Positions 23,620 to 36,385 of a stretch of DNA of 64,000 nt are shown here, piece by piece (the stretch's first letter is position 1; the number at the start of each line of letters is the position of its first letter). A program made the position numbers and the translations under genes. The notes beneath the pieces were generated by a model. That model was not told where the DNA came from and made no database searches. It saw nothing but the letters and a program-made list of their open reading frames with translations. The stretch lies in the NCBI RefSeq assembly GCF_024298765.1, contig NZ_CP101210.1; one strand, 5' to 3'. This stretch comes from Escherichia coli. GTDB lineage: Bacteria; Pseudomonadota; Gammaproteobacteria; Enterobacterales; Enterobacteriaceae.

Positions 23620-25230
23620 TTACATTTGATTAAACGAAAGACGCCGACGAGCACGGGATGCAGGCTTTACGACCGCCTGAGCTATCGCCTCACCAATTTC
23701 TGCACATGCCGTAAGTCCCTGTACGAATGGCTGGTCGTGCATCAACCAGGGCAACGCGCCGAACGCTACGCGCCCACGAATTTCTTCGGGTTGCTGTAGC
23801 GTATAATCTTCGCCAACATCAGGGATTTCATCCCCTGTTTTCTGTAATTGTTCGCGTAGTCCAGGGAAAGGAATATCTTTCACTTTAAGCGGACGCTGCC
23901 CACGGGCATCAATAAAAACGTCAAACGAGTAGCTATTGTCTTCCGTTTTCAGGACGGTGCGCGACTCATTAATTTCCATTTCGTAGTCTTCACCGAGGGC
24001 GAGAATATGAATGATTCCCGCTTCACGTAAGGCCAGTAGTCGACGAATAGACTCTGAAGGGATTGCCGCATAATTATCGATGAAAACCCGGGCAAGGCCT
24101 TTACTGAACCGTTTATGGTCGTGTTCATTCAGATGAGGAACAATTTCCTGTACGGCTTCATGCAGGCGCAGAATGACATAACGCCAGGGAACAGTATGTT
24201 TTTCTCGTTTATTGCGTTCGACTTCCTGGAGATTTTTTTCTGCCCAGTCGAATGGGTCGCGTTGTTTGCGCTCGGCAAACCAGGCTTGAGCAAAGGAATC
24301 GACATTCAGGCTTTCTAAGGCTATGCGTTGGCTCCAGTCTGGATCAGCAAATTTGATTTCCTCTACTATCAATCTAAATACCCGATCCAAAAGGCCCACT
24401 TCGCCTTTTTGAATCTCAGCATTTAATGCTTGATCGGTGACGATGTGTAAGGGCTCGTAGGGAATAGGGCAATAGAAATCGGCTTCGGGTAAAATACCCG
24501 TACGCGACATCAACGTAATATTTAGCTTTTCACTTGCGTTATCGCGGTGAAAAACGACGTGTTGTTTATCATCTTCAATGAACGAACCATGCTGAATAGC
24601 CACTGCCATTGCCGCATCCAGTCCGCTCAAGGATGTTCCCATAATACCCACGTTACACGCATCGACCTTTGCTTCCATCAGGCCTGACCACGGGCTGGGA
24701 AAATACGTTCGGGTTGCTTCTTCTTCATCAGGCCAGACGTGACCCGTGGCGATCACCGCTAAATCAAACGTCTCGCTGGGTAAATCCTGATTTGTAGCGA
24801 GCATGACGCCAGCATTTGTAATTTGCAGATCGGTAACCTGGCATGATTCATAAACAGCCACTGCAAATTTTTGCTGTCGTGCCTGGTCTACTAATCGTAA
24901 AAATTGATCGCGGAAATATTCGCCCAGCAGAATTCGCGGTAAAAACTGACGATCGTGCAAGGTTTCTTTTTTAACGCCATAACGCTGGAGATGGCTGGCT
25001 TCTTGCTTTTGTAGCCATTCGAGATACGTACAATAAATCGGCGGTATTTCAATACTGGCAATATTTGCCAGCATCATTTTTGAGTTTTCCTCATCACTGT
25101 ATGGCATCCCGACACCGGCTTCATCAGCCTGCTCGAAGATAGAAATAGAAAGTGGAGTTTGTTGCTGTAGAAGCGAGAATAAGGTGTAGATCCCCGTAGG
25201 CCCGGCACCCACAATAGCAATTTTTTTCAT
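23620..25230 (-). CDS. ydhS: FAD/NAD(P)-binding domain protein
   Basis: 536-aa ORF with N-terminal GxGxxG dinucleotide-binding motif (IVGAGPTG), recognised as YdhS. Confidence 0.88.
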   Translation of the reverse strand: MKKIAIVGAGPTGIYTLFSLLQQQTPLSISIFEQADEAGVGMPYSDEENSKMMLANIASIEIPPIYCTYLEWLQKQEASHLQRYGVKKETLHDRQFLPRILLGEYFRDQFLRLVDQARQQKFAVAVYESCQVTDLQITNAGVMLATNQDLPSETFDLAVIATGHVWPDEEEATRTYFPSPWSGLMEAKVDACNVGIMGTSLSGLDAAMAVAIQHGSFIEDDKQHVVFHRDNASEKLNITLMSRTGILPEADFYCPIPYEPLHIVTDQALNAEIQKGEVGLLDRVFRLIVEEIKFADPDWSQRIALESLNVDSFAQAWFAERKQRDPFDWAEKNLQEVERNKREKHTVPWRYVILRLHEAVQEIVPHLNEHDHKRFSKGLARVFIDNYAAIPSESIRRLLALREAGIIHILALGEDYEMEINESRTVLKTEDNSYSFDVFIDARGQRPLKVKDIPFPGLREQLQKTGDEIPDVGEDYTLQQPEEIRGRVAFGALPWLMHDQPFVQGLTACAEIGEAIAQAVVKPASRARRRLSFNQM

Positions 25231-25355
25231 TGTTACTTACCTGTACGCATTCTTTCGAATTTAGTGTTATCAGATAAGTTTGGTTGAGATTTTTAGAATT
25301 TGAGAAATTTCAGACAGGGATGAAAAGGGCGCTAACCGCCCTTGATTAAATTCTG

Positions 25356-25661
25356 TCAGGCGAGTTTTGCCTGATTGATTTGACTAAGTGGCTCATTGAC
25401 ATCGAAAACTTTGGCGACAACTTCCTCAACGCCGAGATTTTTCAGTCGGGCAGTATGTTTTTCCAGATAGGCAAGGGCGCTTTTTTCATCAGTAAAAAGG
25501 TAGATCCCACCGGCTTCGTGGTTCTTTTCACTTTCTGTCCATACCTTCCACAGAAAACCAGGTTCCTGATTAATCGACTCAGCAAGCGGTTCAAGCTGCT
25601 CAACCATTGCGTCGCCAAATGGGCCATTAAAAGCAAAATGAAGTTGTAACAAAGTTGCCAT
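25356..25661 (-). CDS. ydhR: Putative monooxygenase-like small protein YdhR
   Basis: 101-aa ORF recognised as YdhR. Confidence 0.88.
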   Translation of the reverse strand: MATLLQLHFAFNGPFGDAMVEQLEPLAESINQEPGFLWKVWTESEKNHEAGGIYLFTDEKSALAYLEKHTARLKNLGVEEVVAKVFDVNEPLSQINQAKLA

Positions 25662-25768
25662 AGCGATTCTCCTTCTGATAACGCATACGAAGACAGTGTA
25701 AATCTTTTAACGTATTGGATACAGAGAAGAAACAGAGGGAAAAAGGAGAAGACCAGATTAAGAAAATC

Positions 25769-25845
25769 TGGTGCGTCCGAGTGGACTCGAACCACCGACC
25801 CCCACCATGTCAAGGTGGTGCTCTAACCAACTGAGCTACGGACGC
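25769..25845 (-). tRNA. valW: tRNA-Val (anticodon GAC)
   Basis: Reverse complement GCGTCCGTAGCTCAGTTGGTTAGAGCACCACCTTGACATGGTGGGGGTCGGTGGTTCGAGTCCACTCGGACGCACCA has the cloverleaf hallmarks (GTTCGAGTC T-loop, encoded CCA); the valV/valW assignment follows map order. Confidence 0.9.
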
Positions 25846-25849
25846 AGGA

Positions 25850-25926
25850 TGGTGCGTTCAATTGGACTCGAACCAACGACCCCCACCATGTCAAGGTGGT
25901 GCTCTAACCAACTGAGCTATGAACGC
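25850..25926 (-). tRNA. valV: tRNA-Val (anticodon GAC), tandem copy 4 nt from the first
   Basis: Reverse complement GCGTTCATAGCTCAGTTGGTTAGAGCACCACCTTGACATGGTGGGGGTCGTTGGTTCGAGTCCAATTGAACGCACCA. Confidence 0.9.
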
Positions 25927-26233
25927 AACGTTGTAGGTGACAACGGGACGAATATTAGCGGCAGAGTGGGAAGGTGGCAAGAGGCAAAACGTAATTTTCT
26001 GCGCTATTTCGACCGTTTGCAGAGCTTTTAAGCAAATTGGCTATATTTTGTTGATTTGCAAGGGCGATTTTTATTCAGGATCGCATTTACATCAGATACA
26101 ACCCAATAATCCGTGTATCAGAGTTTAAACAGAGTTGTTTGCCACCATCTCAAAATCTGTCGTGGATAAATCCTCCGTAGCCTTTACACTTAGGTAGCAA
26201 TAAAGGCACACAGATGCAGCAAAGGAATAAATC

Positions 26234-27490
26234 ATGGGATCTGATGCGAAAAACTTGATGAGCGACGGGAACGTGCAAATTGTTAAGACCGGCGAGGTCA
26301 TTGGCGCGACGCAACTTACTGAAGGTGAGTTAATTGTTGAAGCTGGCGGAAGAGCCGAAAATACCGTGGTCACGGGGGCTGGCTGGTTGAAAGTGGCAAC
26401 CGGTGGGATCGCCAAATGCACACAGTACGGCAACAATGGCACGCTATCGGTCAGCGACGGTGCCATTGCCACAGATATTGTTCAGTCCGAGGGAGGCGCA
26501 ATTAGTCTCTCTACGCTCGCTACGGTTAATGGCCGCCATCCCGAAGGTGAATTCAGCGTTGATAAAGGTTATGCCTGCGGTTTGTTGCTGGAAAATGGCG
26601 GTAACCTGCGTGTACTGGAAGGACATCGCGCGGAAAAAATTATTCTCGATCAAGAGGGTGGCCTGTTGGTCAATGGGACAACCTCAGCGGTCGTGGTAGA
26701 TGAAGGTGGTGAATTGTTGGTGTATCCAGGTGGGGAAGCCAGCAATTGTGAGATTAATCAGGGCGGCGTTTTTATGCTGGCGGGGAAAGCCAATGATACG
26801 TTGCTTGCTGGTGGCACCATGAATAATCTCGGTGGTGAAGACTCTGACACTATTGTTGAGAATGGAGCCATCTATCGTCTGGGTACGGATGGTCTTCAGC
26901 TCTACAGTTCCGGTAAGACGCAAAACCTGTCCGTTAATGTGGGGGGGCGGGCTGAAGTGCATGCCGGTACGCTGGAAAATGCGGTAATACAAGGTGGGAC
27001 AGTGATCCTGTTGTCACCCACCAGCGCGGACGAAAATTTTGTAGTAGAGGAAGATCGCGCACCGGTTGAACTGACCGGTAGTGTTGCATTACTGGACGGC
27101 GCTTCAATGATTATTGGCTATGGCGCAGATCTGCAACAATCAACGATTACTGTACAGCAGGGCGGTGTGTTGATTCTCGACGGCAGTACGGTAAAAGGTG
27201 ACAGTGTCACTTTCAGTGTTGGTAACATCAATCTCAATGGCGGAAAACTGTGGCTGATCACTGATGCGGCAACGCAGGTGCATCTGAAAGTGAAACGCCT
27301 GCGTGGAGAGGGAGCCATTTGCCTGCAAACCAGTGCGAAAGAAATTTCACCTGACTTCATCAATGTGAAAGGGGAAGTTACTGGTGATATACACGTTGAG
27401 ATAACAGATGCCAGTCGGCAAACTCTGTGTAACGCACTGAAACTACAGCCAGACGAAGACGGGATTGGCGCAACGCTCCAGCCTGCGTAA
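26234..27490 (+). CDS. ydhQ: Autotransporter-adhesin-like passenger-domain protein
   Basis: 418-aa Gly/Thr/Asn-rich ORF recognised as YdhQ. Confidence 0.88.
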   Translation: MGSDAKNLMSDGNVQIVKTGEVIGATQLTEGELIVEAGGRAENTVVTGAGWLKVATGGIAKCTQYGNNGTLSVSDGAIATDIVQSEGGAISLSTLATVNGRHPEGEFSVDKGYACGLLLENGGNLRVLEGHRAEKIILDQEGGLLVNGTTSAVVVDEGGELLVYPGGEASNCEINQGGVFMLAGKANDTLLAGGTMNNLGGEDSDTIVENGAIYRLGTDGLQLYSSGKTQNLSVNVGGRAEVHAGTLENAVIQGGTVILLSPTSADENFVVEEDRAPVELTGSVALLDGASMIIGYGADLQQSTITVQQGGVLILDGSTVKGDSVTFSVGNINLNGGKLWLITDAATQVHLKVKRLRGEGAICLQTSAKEISPDFINVKGEVTGDIHVEITDASRQTLCNALKLQPDEDGIGATLQPA

Positions 27491-27530
27491 AAACACAGGC
27501 GCAACCCGTGAAGGTTGCGCCTTGTCTTTA

Positions 27531-28925
<1,395 letters not shown>

Positions 28926-29118
28926 TTATATGAGAGACTAAAAAGCCGCCTGAATGGGCAGCAAAAAGAAGAAGCAGGGGAAATTCAGTCTATTGTAGCG
29001 AGGATTTATTAATTCTCCAGTGAAAAAATAGTCATTCTTACCCCTTCACTGGTAAGGGCGTTTGCCACCTGCTATTGTGCTGAACAGAATGTCTTAACTG
29101 ATTTCAGGAGTTGTAAGT

Positions 29119-29760
29119 ATGTTTACGGGGATTGTACAGGGCACCGCAAAACTGGTGTCGATTGACGAGAAACCAAATTTTCGTACGCATGTGGTGGAGT
29201 TACCCGACCACATGCTGGAGGGCCTGGAAACCGGTGCGTCCGTGGCGCATAACGGTTGCTGCCTGACCGTGACGGAAATTAACGGCAACCATGTCAGTTT
29301 TGACCTGATGAAAGAAACGTTACGCATTACCAATCTTGGCGATTTAAAAGTGGGGGATTGGGTAAACGTTGAGCGTGCGGCGAAATTCAGTGATGAAATT
29401 GGCGGACACTTAATGTCAGGTCATATTATGACCACCGCTGAAGTGGCGAAAATATTAACCTCGGAAAATAATCGCCAGATCTGGTTTAAAGTCCAGGATA
29501 GTCAGTTGATGAAATATATTCTGTACAAAGGATTTATTGGCATCGACGGTATTAGCCTGACCGTCGGCGAAGTCACGCCAACGCGTTTTTGCGTCCATTT
29601 AATTCCGGAAACCCTGGAACGCACGACTCTTGGGAAGAAAAAACTCGGCGCACGCGTCAACATTGAAATTGATCCACAAACTCAGGCAGTGGTAGATACC
29701 GTAGAACGTGTGCTGGCAGCACGAGAAAATGCCATGAATCAACCAGGTACAGAAGCCTGA
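29119..29760 (+). CDS. ribC: Riboflavin synthase (alpha chain)
   Basis: 213-aa [19 protein letters not shown]... recognised as riboflavin synthase (ribC, also called ribE). Confidence 0.93.
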   Translation: MFTGIVQGTAKLVSIDEKPNFRTHVVELPDHMLEGLETGASVAHNGCCLTVTEINGNHVSFDLMKETLRITNLGDLKVGDWVNVERAAKFSDEIGGHLMSGHIMTTAEVAKILTSENNRQIWFKVQDSQLMKYILYKGFIGIDGISLTVGEVTPTRFCVHLIPETLERTTLGKKKLGARVNIEIDPQTQAVVDTVERVLAARENAMNQPGTEA

Positions 29761-29766
29761 TCTGAA

Positions 29767-29788
29767 ATCGCCCCCGGAGAGGGGGCGA
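29767..29788. terminator. GC-rich hairpin between convergent ribC and cfa (putative terminator)
   Basis: ATCGCCCCC-GGAGAG-GGGGCGAT inverted repeat. Confidence 0.45.
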
Positions 29789-29799
29789 TAGAATAGCCT

Positions 29800-30948
29800 T
29801 TAGCGAGCGACTCGAAGGCCGTTTTCAACACCGCGTGAGAACACCACCTGCCAGAGCTGAATATCACGGGCGCGGAAAGCACCTGCACAGGCATTCAGAT
29901 AATAGGTAAACATCCGTTTAAAGCGTTCACTGTAGTTATCCGCAATTTCTGGCCATGCGGCGAGGAATCGTTCATACCACGCCATCAACGTAGTATCGTA
30001 ATCAGCACCGAAGTTATGCCAGTCTTCCATCACAAAGTGGGGTTCGCTGGACTGAGCAATCTGGCGTACAGAGGGCAGGCAACCGTTCGGAAAAATATAT
30101 TTATTAATCCAGGGATCAACATTCAGATCGGTTTTTTTCGAACCGATAGTATGGAGCAGGAATATGCCTTCCGGTTTCAAATTACGATCCACCACCGCAA
30201 AATAGGTATCGTAATTTTTCGGTCCGACGTGCTCGAACATCCCCACAGAAACAATACGATCAAACTGGTCGTTCAGGTCACGATAATCTTGCAGCAAAAT
30301 GGTGACATCCAGGCCTTCACAGCGTTCCTGAGCCATTTTTTGCTGTTCGGCAGAAATGGTGACGCCAACCACGCTTACGTCATAATTAGATGCCATGTAG
30401 TGCGCCAGTCCGCCCCAGCCGCAGCCAATATCCAGTACGCGCATCCCTGGTTTTAACTGCAATTTTTCACAAATCATTTTGAGCTTCGCCTGCTGGGCAG
30501 ATTCCAGATTATCGGCATCTTTCCAGTAAGCGCAGGAATATTGCATGAAGGGATCAAGCATGCGGCTGAACAAGTCATTACCCAAATCGTAATGCTCTTT
30601 GCCGACTATCCAGGCACGTTTTTTACTCTGCAGATTGAAGAGACGAGCGCCGGCAATACGCAGCGTGTCTTTGAAATGATGGGGGAGTTGGTTCTCGAGA
30701 CCTGCGCGTAAGACTTTGCTAAAAAACATATCCAGTCGGTCACATTCCCACCAGCCATCCATATAACTTTCGCCTAACCCCAACGATCCTTCCTGCAGAA
30801 CGCGTTTAAAAAAATCGGGGTTTTTCACACGAATATCCGCCGGGGCAGAACCGTTAATGGCTATACCGGCACGGCTAAGTAATTCGTTGGCGATACGGTA
30901 CCAGTTGTCATCCGGTACACTGACTTCTTCTATACACGATGAACTCAT
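29800..30948 (-). CDS. cfa: Cyclopropane-fatty-acyl-phospholipid synthase
   Basis: 382-aa ORF with SAM-methyltransferase motif (VLDIGCGWGG), recognised as Cfa. Confidence 0.95.
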   Translation of the reverse strand: MSSSCIEEVSVPDDNWYRIANELLSRAGIAINGSAPADIRVKNPDFFKRVLQEGSLGLGESYMDGWWECDRLDMFFSKVLRAGLENQLPHHFKDTLRIAGARLFNLQSKKRAWIVGKEHYDLGNDLFSRMLDPFMQYSCAYWKDADNLESAQQAKLKMICEKLQLKPGMRVLDIGCGWGGLAHYMASNYDVSVVGVTISAEQQKMAQERCEGLDVTILLQDYRDLNDQFDRIVSVGMFEHVGPKNYDTYFAVVDRNLKPEGIFLLHTIGSKKTDLNVDPWINKYIFPNGCLPSVRQIAQSSEPHFVMEDWHNFGADYDTTLMAWYERFLAAWPEIADNYSERFKRMFTYYLNACAGAFRARDIQLWQVVFSRGVENGLRVAR

Positions 30949-31238
30949 AGTTTCTCCATCACTGGTCGGTGATCAGAACCTTAAAACAGCGTAGACGCTT
31001 TTTGGGCTTTGTGAGAAATCTCGCAGAAAAAACCGCGAGTCTATAATCCGACGTAGAACAGAGGGAAAGGAGGAACCCTTGCCGAAATGACCATCCATAG
31101 TGAGTCGGGAACGATCCTGTCCCCGTAAAAACATAATATTTATCGTAGCTTTAACAACTCGAAATTAGTATAGGCCGCTAATTTCAATCATACAACAAAA
31201 TTTTGTTAGCAGCCTAAGTATAAGTATATCGATATAGA

Positions 31239-32450
31239 TCAGTGTGATTCGCTATGAGCGACTTCGGCATTGCCATGATTCTGGCAGTCAACTTCTTCAC
31301 AACGTTGCATCATGTAACCCAGAGCAACCAGCACTACTGTTGATAACATCACGCTGGTGGTGGTGAGCAATGGCGTGCTGATACTGATCAGCCAGGAAAC
31401 TACCAGACTTGCGAGGAAGCACAGACCCAGTTGTAGAGTGTTCTGCAACGCTGCGGCGCGACCGGTTGCATGTGGGAAGGGACGCAGCGCCTGGGCGACA
31501 ACAATCGGGTAGATCGCGCCATTGGCAATCGCCATCACACAGAATGGGATCAGGATTTCGACTAGCGACACATGGCTAATGAAGCCCGCAGCCCAGGTCG
31601 CAATGACGCTGACAGCAAACAGTACCAGCAACCACGGTAATAACTGCTTGCCTTGCCATTTCTGCAGTGCGGCGCGACAGCCATAACCACCAATCAGAAA
31701 CGCGATAGTTTGCGGGACATAACTTAAACCAATAACTGCCGGGCTGTAGCCCATTTCACTAAGGATGAACGGTGAGCCGGTCAGCCATGCAAAAAAACTG
31801 GCTGAACAGGCCGCATATATCAGCACGTTGCCGCGATAGGTTTTAGAACGTAGCAGGTCGGTAAAGGTCAGACCATCCTGACTATTGTTACGGGCCTTCG
31901 TCGTGGGTTTGAGCCAGAAAATAGGCAGAATCAGCACCACGGTAATGGCAAACAGGGTGGCGAAAATCGCCTGCCAGGAAAAATGGACCAGCAGCCAGCT
32001 TCCTAACAGAGGAGCCAGTGCCGGAGATAGACCCACCAGCGGCATGATGGTCGCAAAAATACGGTTAACTTTCTGTGAAGGATAATAATCCGTCACTAAC
32101 GCTTGCCAGATAACTGCCGCGGCGCAGACACCCACAGCCTGTACAAAACGCAATACCAGCAGCGTAGCGGCGTTTTCTACCCACAGCATCCCCAGACTAC
32201 CTAACGCAAAAATTGTCAGGCCGATTAATAATACCGGTTTACGACCATAACGGTCGGAGAGCGGCCCCCACAGAAGCTGGGCTGCGGCAAAACCGGCAAG
32301 GAACAGACTAAGGCTGGCACTGACAGCAGACGCAGGCGTTTGCAGGTCGGCCTGTATGGCGGCGAAAGCAGGCAGATACATATCGGTTGCCAGAAAACCG
32401 AGTACGCTCAAACCCGCCAGCCAGACTAAAAATCTTTTCCCAGGTTGCAT
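31239..32450 (-). CDS. punC: MFS transporter (purine nucleoside transporter PunC/YdhC)
   Basis: 403-aa hydrophobic ORF recognised as YdhC. Confidence 0.9.
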   Translation of the reverse strand: MQPGKRFLVWLAGLSVLGFLATDMYLPAFAAIQADLQTPASAVSASLSLFLAGFAAAQLLWGPLSDRYGRKPVLLIGLTIFALGSLGMLWVENAATLLVLRFVQAVGVCAAAVIWQALVTDYYPSQKVNRIFATIMPLVGLSPALAPLLGSWLLVHFSWQAIFATLFAITVVLILPIFWLKPTTKARNNSQDGLTFTDLLRSKTYRGNVLIYAACSASFFAWLTGSPFILSEMGYSPAVIGLSYVPQTIAFLIGGYGCRAALQKWQGKQLLPWLLVLFAVSVIATWAAGFISHVSLVEILIPFCVMAIANGAIYPIVVAQALRPFPHATGRAAALQNTLQLGLCFLASLVVSWLISISTPLLTTTSVMLSTVVLVALGYMMQRCEEVDCQNHGNAEVAHSESH

Positions 32451-32562
32451 GTATATTCTCTAAATCTCTCAATTAAACACCGCCGCAAAGTGTAGGGAGT
32501 GAAATTAGTGTTGTGAAACGGTAATATTTGATGACTGGTTTCAAAAATTTTGCAGGCAGACT

Positions 32563-33495
32563 ATGTGGTCAGAATATTCACTCGAGGTTGTTGATGCGGT
32601 AGCGCGTAATGGTAGTTTTAGCGCTGCGGCACAGGAGTTGCATCGCGTTCCTTCTGCGGTCAGCTATACCGTGCGTCAGCTGGAAGAGTGGCTGGCGGTG
32701 CCGCTGTTTGAACGACGTCACCGTGATGTGGAACTGACCGCTGCCGGGGCGTGGTTTCTCAAAGAAGGGCGCTCTGTTGTCAAAAAAATGCAGATCACCC
32801 GGCAGCAATGTCAGCAGATAGCGAACGGCTGGCGCGGTCAGTTAGCTATCGCAGTGGATAATATTGTCAGGCCAGAACGTACACGGCAGATGATCGTTGA
32901 TTTTTATCGCCATTTTGATGATGTCGAACTTCTTGTCTTTCAGGAAGTGTTCAACGGTGTCTGGGATGCGCTTTCCGACGGGCGCGTGGAACTGGCGATT
33001 GGCGCAACACGCGCGATTCCGGTAGGCGGTCGTTATGCCTTCCGCGATATGGGGATGCTAAGCTGGAGTTGCGTTGTTGCCAGCCACCACCCGCTGGCGT
33101 TGATGGATGGCCCGTTCAGCGATGATACGTTGCGCAACTGGCCGTCGTTGGTGCGCGAAGACACCTCGCGAACGCTACCTAAACGTATTACCTGGTTGCT
33201 GGATAACCAAAAAAGACTTGTCGTGCCTGACTGGGAATCATCGGCAACCTGTATCTCGGCAGGATTATGCATAGGGATGGTGCCAACACATTTCGCCAAA
33301 CCGTGGCTTAATGAGGGGAAGTGGGTAGCACTAGAACTGGAAAACCCCTTCCCGGATTCGGCATGTTGTCTGACATGGCAGCAAAATGATATGTCGCCTG
33401 CGTTAACCTGGTTGCTTGAGTATCTCGGCGATAGTGAGACGCTGAATAAGGAGTGGCTGCGGGAGCCGGAAGAGACTCCCGCAACAGGTGATTAA
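32563..33495 (+). CDS. punR: LysR-family transcriptional regulator (PunR/YdhB)
   Basis: 310-aa ORF with N-terminal HTH, divergent from punC. Confidence 0.9.
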
Positions 33496-34517
33496 CGACG
33501 ATAGTCGCGGAACGGGCCGTCAGCCACGGAGCGGCGTTCAATCAACCGCGGATGCACTTCAATGGACTGCGGTTCTTCACGTTTGTTGACGATACGATCC
33601 AACAGCATGTTGAACGCTGTTTCGCCCAGCGAATCTTTTGGCTGATGGATCGTGGTCAGCGCCGGCGTAAAATAGCGGGCGTTGCGCACGTTATCATAAC
33701 CGATCAGCGAAACATCCTGCGGGACGCGCAGACCCATTTCATCAGCAGCACAAAGTGCGCCCATTGCCATGATATCGCCACCACAGAAGACGGCAGTAGG
33801 GCGATGCGGCTGCGACAGGATTTGCTGCATGGCGCGATAACCGGATTCAGGTTCAAAGTCACCCTGCACAATCCAGCTTTCCGGCACTTTGATCATCGCT
33901 TCTTCCATCGCCTTCATAAAACCGGCAAGGCGGCCTGCGCCGGTGTTACGTTCCAGCGGGCCAGGGATAACGCCGATTTCGCGATGACCGCGTTCAATCA
34001 GATAACGCCCGGCCATGTAGCCGCCTTCGAATGCGTTATCAATGACCGCATCGGTGAAGTCAGCTTTTGCTTCACCCCAGTCCATCACCACCATTGGGAT
34101 ATGGCGATACTCTTCCAGCATCGCCAGCAACGGCTCTGGGTACTCAGAACACATCACCAGCAGACCATCGACGCGTTTTTGCGCCATCATCGACAGATAA
34201 GCCCGCTGTTTCTCAAGATTGTTCCACGCATTGCCCAGAATCAGGGTGTAACCTTTCTGGAAGCAATTTTTTTCAACCGCTTCAATGATCTCGGCAAAAT
34301 AGGCCGCTTCGCTGCTGGTCGCCAGCAAACCGATAGACTTGGTGTGGTTAACCTTCAGGCTACGCGCCACCGCGCTAGGGGAGTAGTGTAATTCTTTAAT
34401 CGCTGCCCACACGGCGTTGCGCGTTTCTTCAGCGACGAAACGTGTTTTGTTGATCACGTGTGACACAGTTGTAGTGGAAACGTTTGCTCGTTTCGCTACA
34501 TCTTTTATTGTTGCCAT
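33492..34517 (-). CDS. purR: Purine repressor PurR (LacI family)
   Basis: 341-aa [39 protein letters not shown]... recognised as PurR. Confidence 0.96.
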
Positions 34518-34561
34518 TCCATTTCACTCCAGACCCTAACTTCAGCTCCTGCAAAATCGCA

Positions 34562-34577
34562 AGGTAAACGTTTGCCT
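34562..34577. promoter_or_regulatory. PurR-box-like palindrome upstream of purR
   Basis: AGGTAAACGTTTGCCT resembles the PurR operator consensus ACGCAAACGTTTGCGT; purR is known to be autoregulated, but the exact operator positions are not verified here. Confidence 0.45.
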
Positions 34578-34815
34578 TTACACACCTTACGCACAACAAA
34601 AGTGTTGCGGTACGCCGGAAAAACGACACGGAGCGTCAGGAAGGGGTCAATGGCCAGTACGCAAATAGTGTAAGCGTGGAATTTTGGCCGATCTTGACGA
34701 AAAGGGGAAGTGGTAAAAACACTTATCATTATAAATGACGGGAGATTTTTTCATCACAGTGTGTAAAAATGCGTAATATCACTTTTTGTGTGGTAATAAA
34801 AAAGGAGAAAACTTG

Positions 34816-34905
34816 ATGAGCACCGACCTTAAATTTTCACTGGTAACAACGATTATCGTCCTCGGTTTGATCGTGGCCGTGGGTTTGACAGCCGCGCTGC
34901 ACTGA
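34816..34905 (+). CDS. ynhF: Small hydrophobic protein YnhF (29 aa)
   Basis: ATG preceded by AAAGGAGAAAACTTG (Shine-Dalgarno); encodes MSTDLKFSLVTTIIVLGLIVAVGLTAALH; below the 60-aa cutoff of the ORF track. Confidence 0.75.
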   Translation: MSTDLKFSLVTTIIVLGLIVAVGLTAALH

Positions 34906-35070
34906 TTTCCTCTCGAGGGAGCGCGTTCTCCCTCGCATCTCCTTCCTGTTTGTTAGCAAAATGGCAAAAGTGTTTTCTCTTTTTGTTATTTTCATTTTTT
35001 TGTGATTGCTGTCATGCTTTCGCCACTTTAATGAATATCGCGTAATGACGCGAAGAGGTGGAGATAAGGC

Positions 35071-36240
35071 ATGAAAATTAACTATCCGTTGCTGGCGCTG
35101 GCGATTGGCGCGTTTGGTATCGGGACAACGGAGTTCTCGCCAATGGGCTTATTGCCCGTCATTGCGCGCGGTGTGGATGTCTCGATTCCCGCTGCCGGAA
35201 TGTTAATCAGTGCCTATGCAGTTGGCGTAATGGTTGGCGCGCCGCTGATGACGCTTCTACTTTCTCATCGTGCTCGCCGCAGTGCGTTGATTTTCCTGAT
35301 GGCGATTTTCACGCTCGGCAACGTACTTTCCGCCATCGCGCCGGATTATATGACGCTGATGCTTTCACGCATTTTGACCAGCCTGAATCACGGAGCATTT
35401 TTTGGTTTGGGTTCAGTTGTGGCCGCAAGCGTGGTGCCAAAACATAAACAGGCCAGCGCAGTTGCCACTATGTTTATGGGGTTAACCCTGGCAAATATCG
35501 GTGGCGTTCCGGCAGCGACCTGGTTGGGCGAAACCATCGGCTGGCGGATGTCATTTCTGGCAACGGCGGGGCTGGGCGTGATTTCAATGGTAAGTCTGTT
35601 CTTCTCATTACCTAAAGGTGGCGCAGGGGCGCGACCTGAAGTGAAAAAAGAGCTGGCGGTATTAATGCGTCCGCAGGTGCTGTCTGCATTGCTGACGACG
35701 GTACTGGGAGCTGGTGCAATGTTTACCCTCTACACCTATATCTCTCCGGTACTGCAAAGTATTACCCACGCAACGCCGGTGTTCGTTACGGCAATGCTGG
35801 TGCTGATTGGTGTCGGATTCTCTATCGGTAACTATCTCGGCGGCAAACTGGCAGATCGTTCAGTTAACGGCACGTTGAAAGGCTTTTTGTTGCTGCTGAT
35901 GGTGATTATGCTAGCAATCCCGTTCCTGGCCCGCAATGAGTTCGGCGCAGCTATTAGCATGGTGGTGTGGGGAGCTGCAACCTTTGCGGTCGTACCGCCG
36001 TTACAGATGCGCGTGATGCGTGTCGCCAGTGAAGCGCCTGGTCTGTCTTCATCAGTCAATATTGGTGCCTTTAATCTTGGAAATGCGCTGGGAGCTGCTG
36101 CTGGTGGTGCGGTAATTTCCGCTGGGCTGGGATACAGCTTTGTGCCGGTGATGGGGGCGATTGTCGCGGGACTGGCATTATTGCTGGTGTTTATGTCAGC
36201 CAGAAAACAACCTGAGGCAGTTTGCGTTGCCAACAGCTAA
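35071..36240 (+). CDS. ydhP: MFS transporter
   Basis: 389-aa hydrophobic ORF recognised as YdhP. Confidence 0.9.
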   Translation: MKINYPLLALAIGAFGIGTTEFSPMGLLPVIARGVDVSIPAAGMLISAYAVGVMVGAPLMTLLLSHRARRSALIFLMAIFTLGNVLSAIAPDYMTLMLSRILTSLNHGAFFGLGSVVAASVVPKHKQASAVATMFMGLTLANIGGVPAATWLGETIGWRMSFLATAGLGVISMVSLFFSLPKGGAGARPEVKKELAVLMRPQVLSALLTTVLGAGAMFTLYTYISPVLQSITHATPVFVTAMLVLIGVGFSIGNYLGGKLADRSVNGTLKGFLLLLMVIMLAIPFLARNEFGAAISMVVWGAATFAVVPPLQMRVMRVASEAPGLSSSVNIGAFNLGNALGAAAGGAVISAGLGYSFVPVMGAIVAGLALLLVFMSARKQPEAVCVANS

Positions 36241-36243
36241 TTA

Positions 36244-36276
36244 CACAAAAACGCAGAAGGATAACCTTCTGCGTTA
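36244..36276 (-). terminator. sodB intrinsic terminator
   Basis: AACGCAGAAGG-ATAA-CCTTCTGCGTT hairpin with a T-run on the - strand. Confidence 0.65.
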
Positions 36277-36302
36277 CAGTTGCTGGCAACGTGCGATTTA
36301 TC

Positions 36303-36340
36303 TTGCCGGATGCGGTGTTAACGCTTCATCCGAGTTGGCA
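36303..36340. repeat. REP-like palindromic element (degenerate)
   Basis: TGCCGGATGCGGTGTTAACGCTTCATCCG resembles the REP consensus GCCGGATGCGGCGTGAACGCCTTATCCGGCCTAC. Confidence 0.35.
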
Positions 36341-36385
36341 TGGTAAGCGAAGTGCATCAGGCAATGTTGCATTTGCCATCAGTTA

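Noticed and set aside
33552-34391. 279-aa + strand ORF
   Set aside because: It is antisense to purR and is a shadow ORF.
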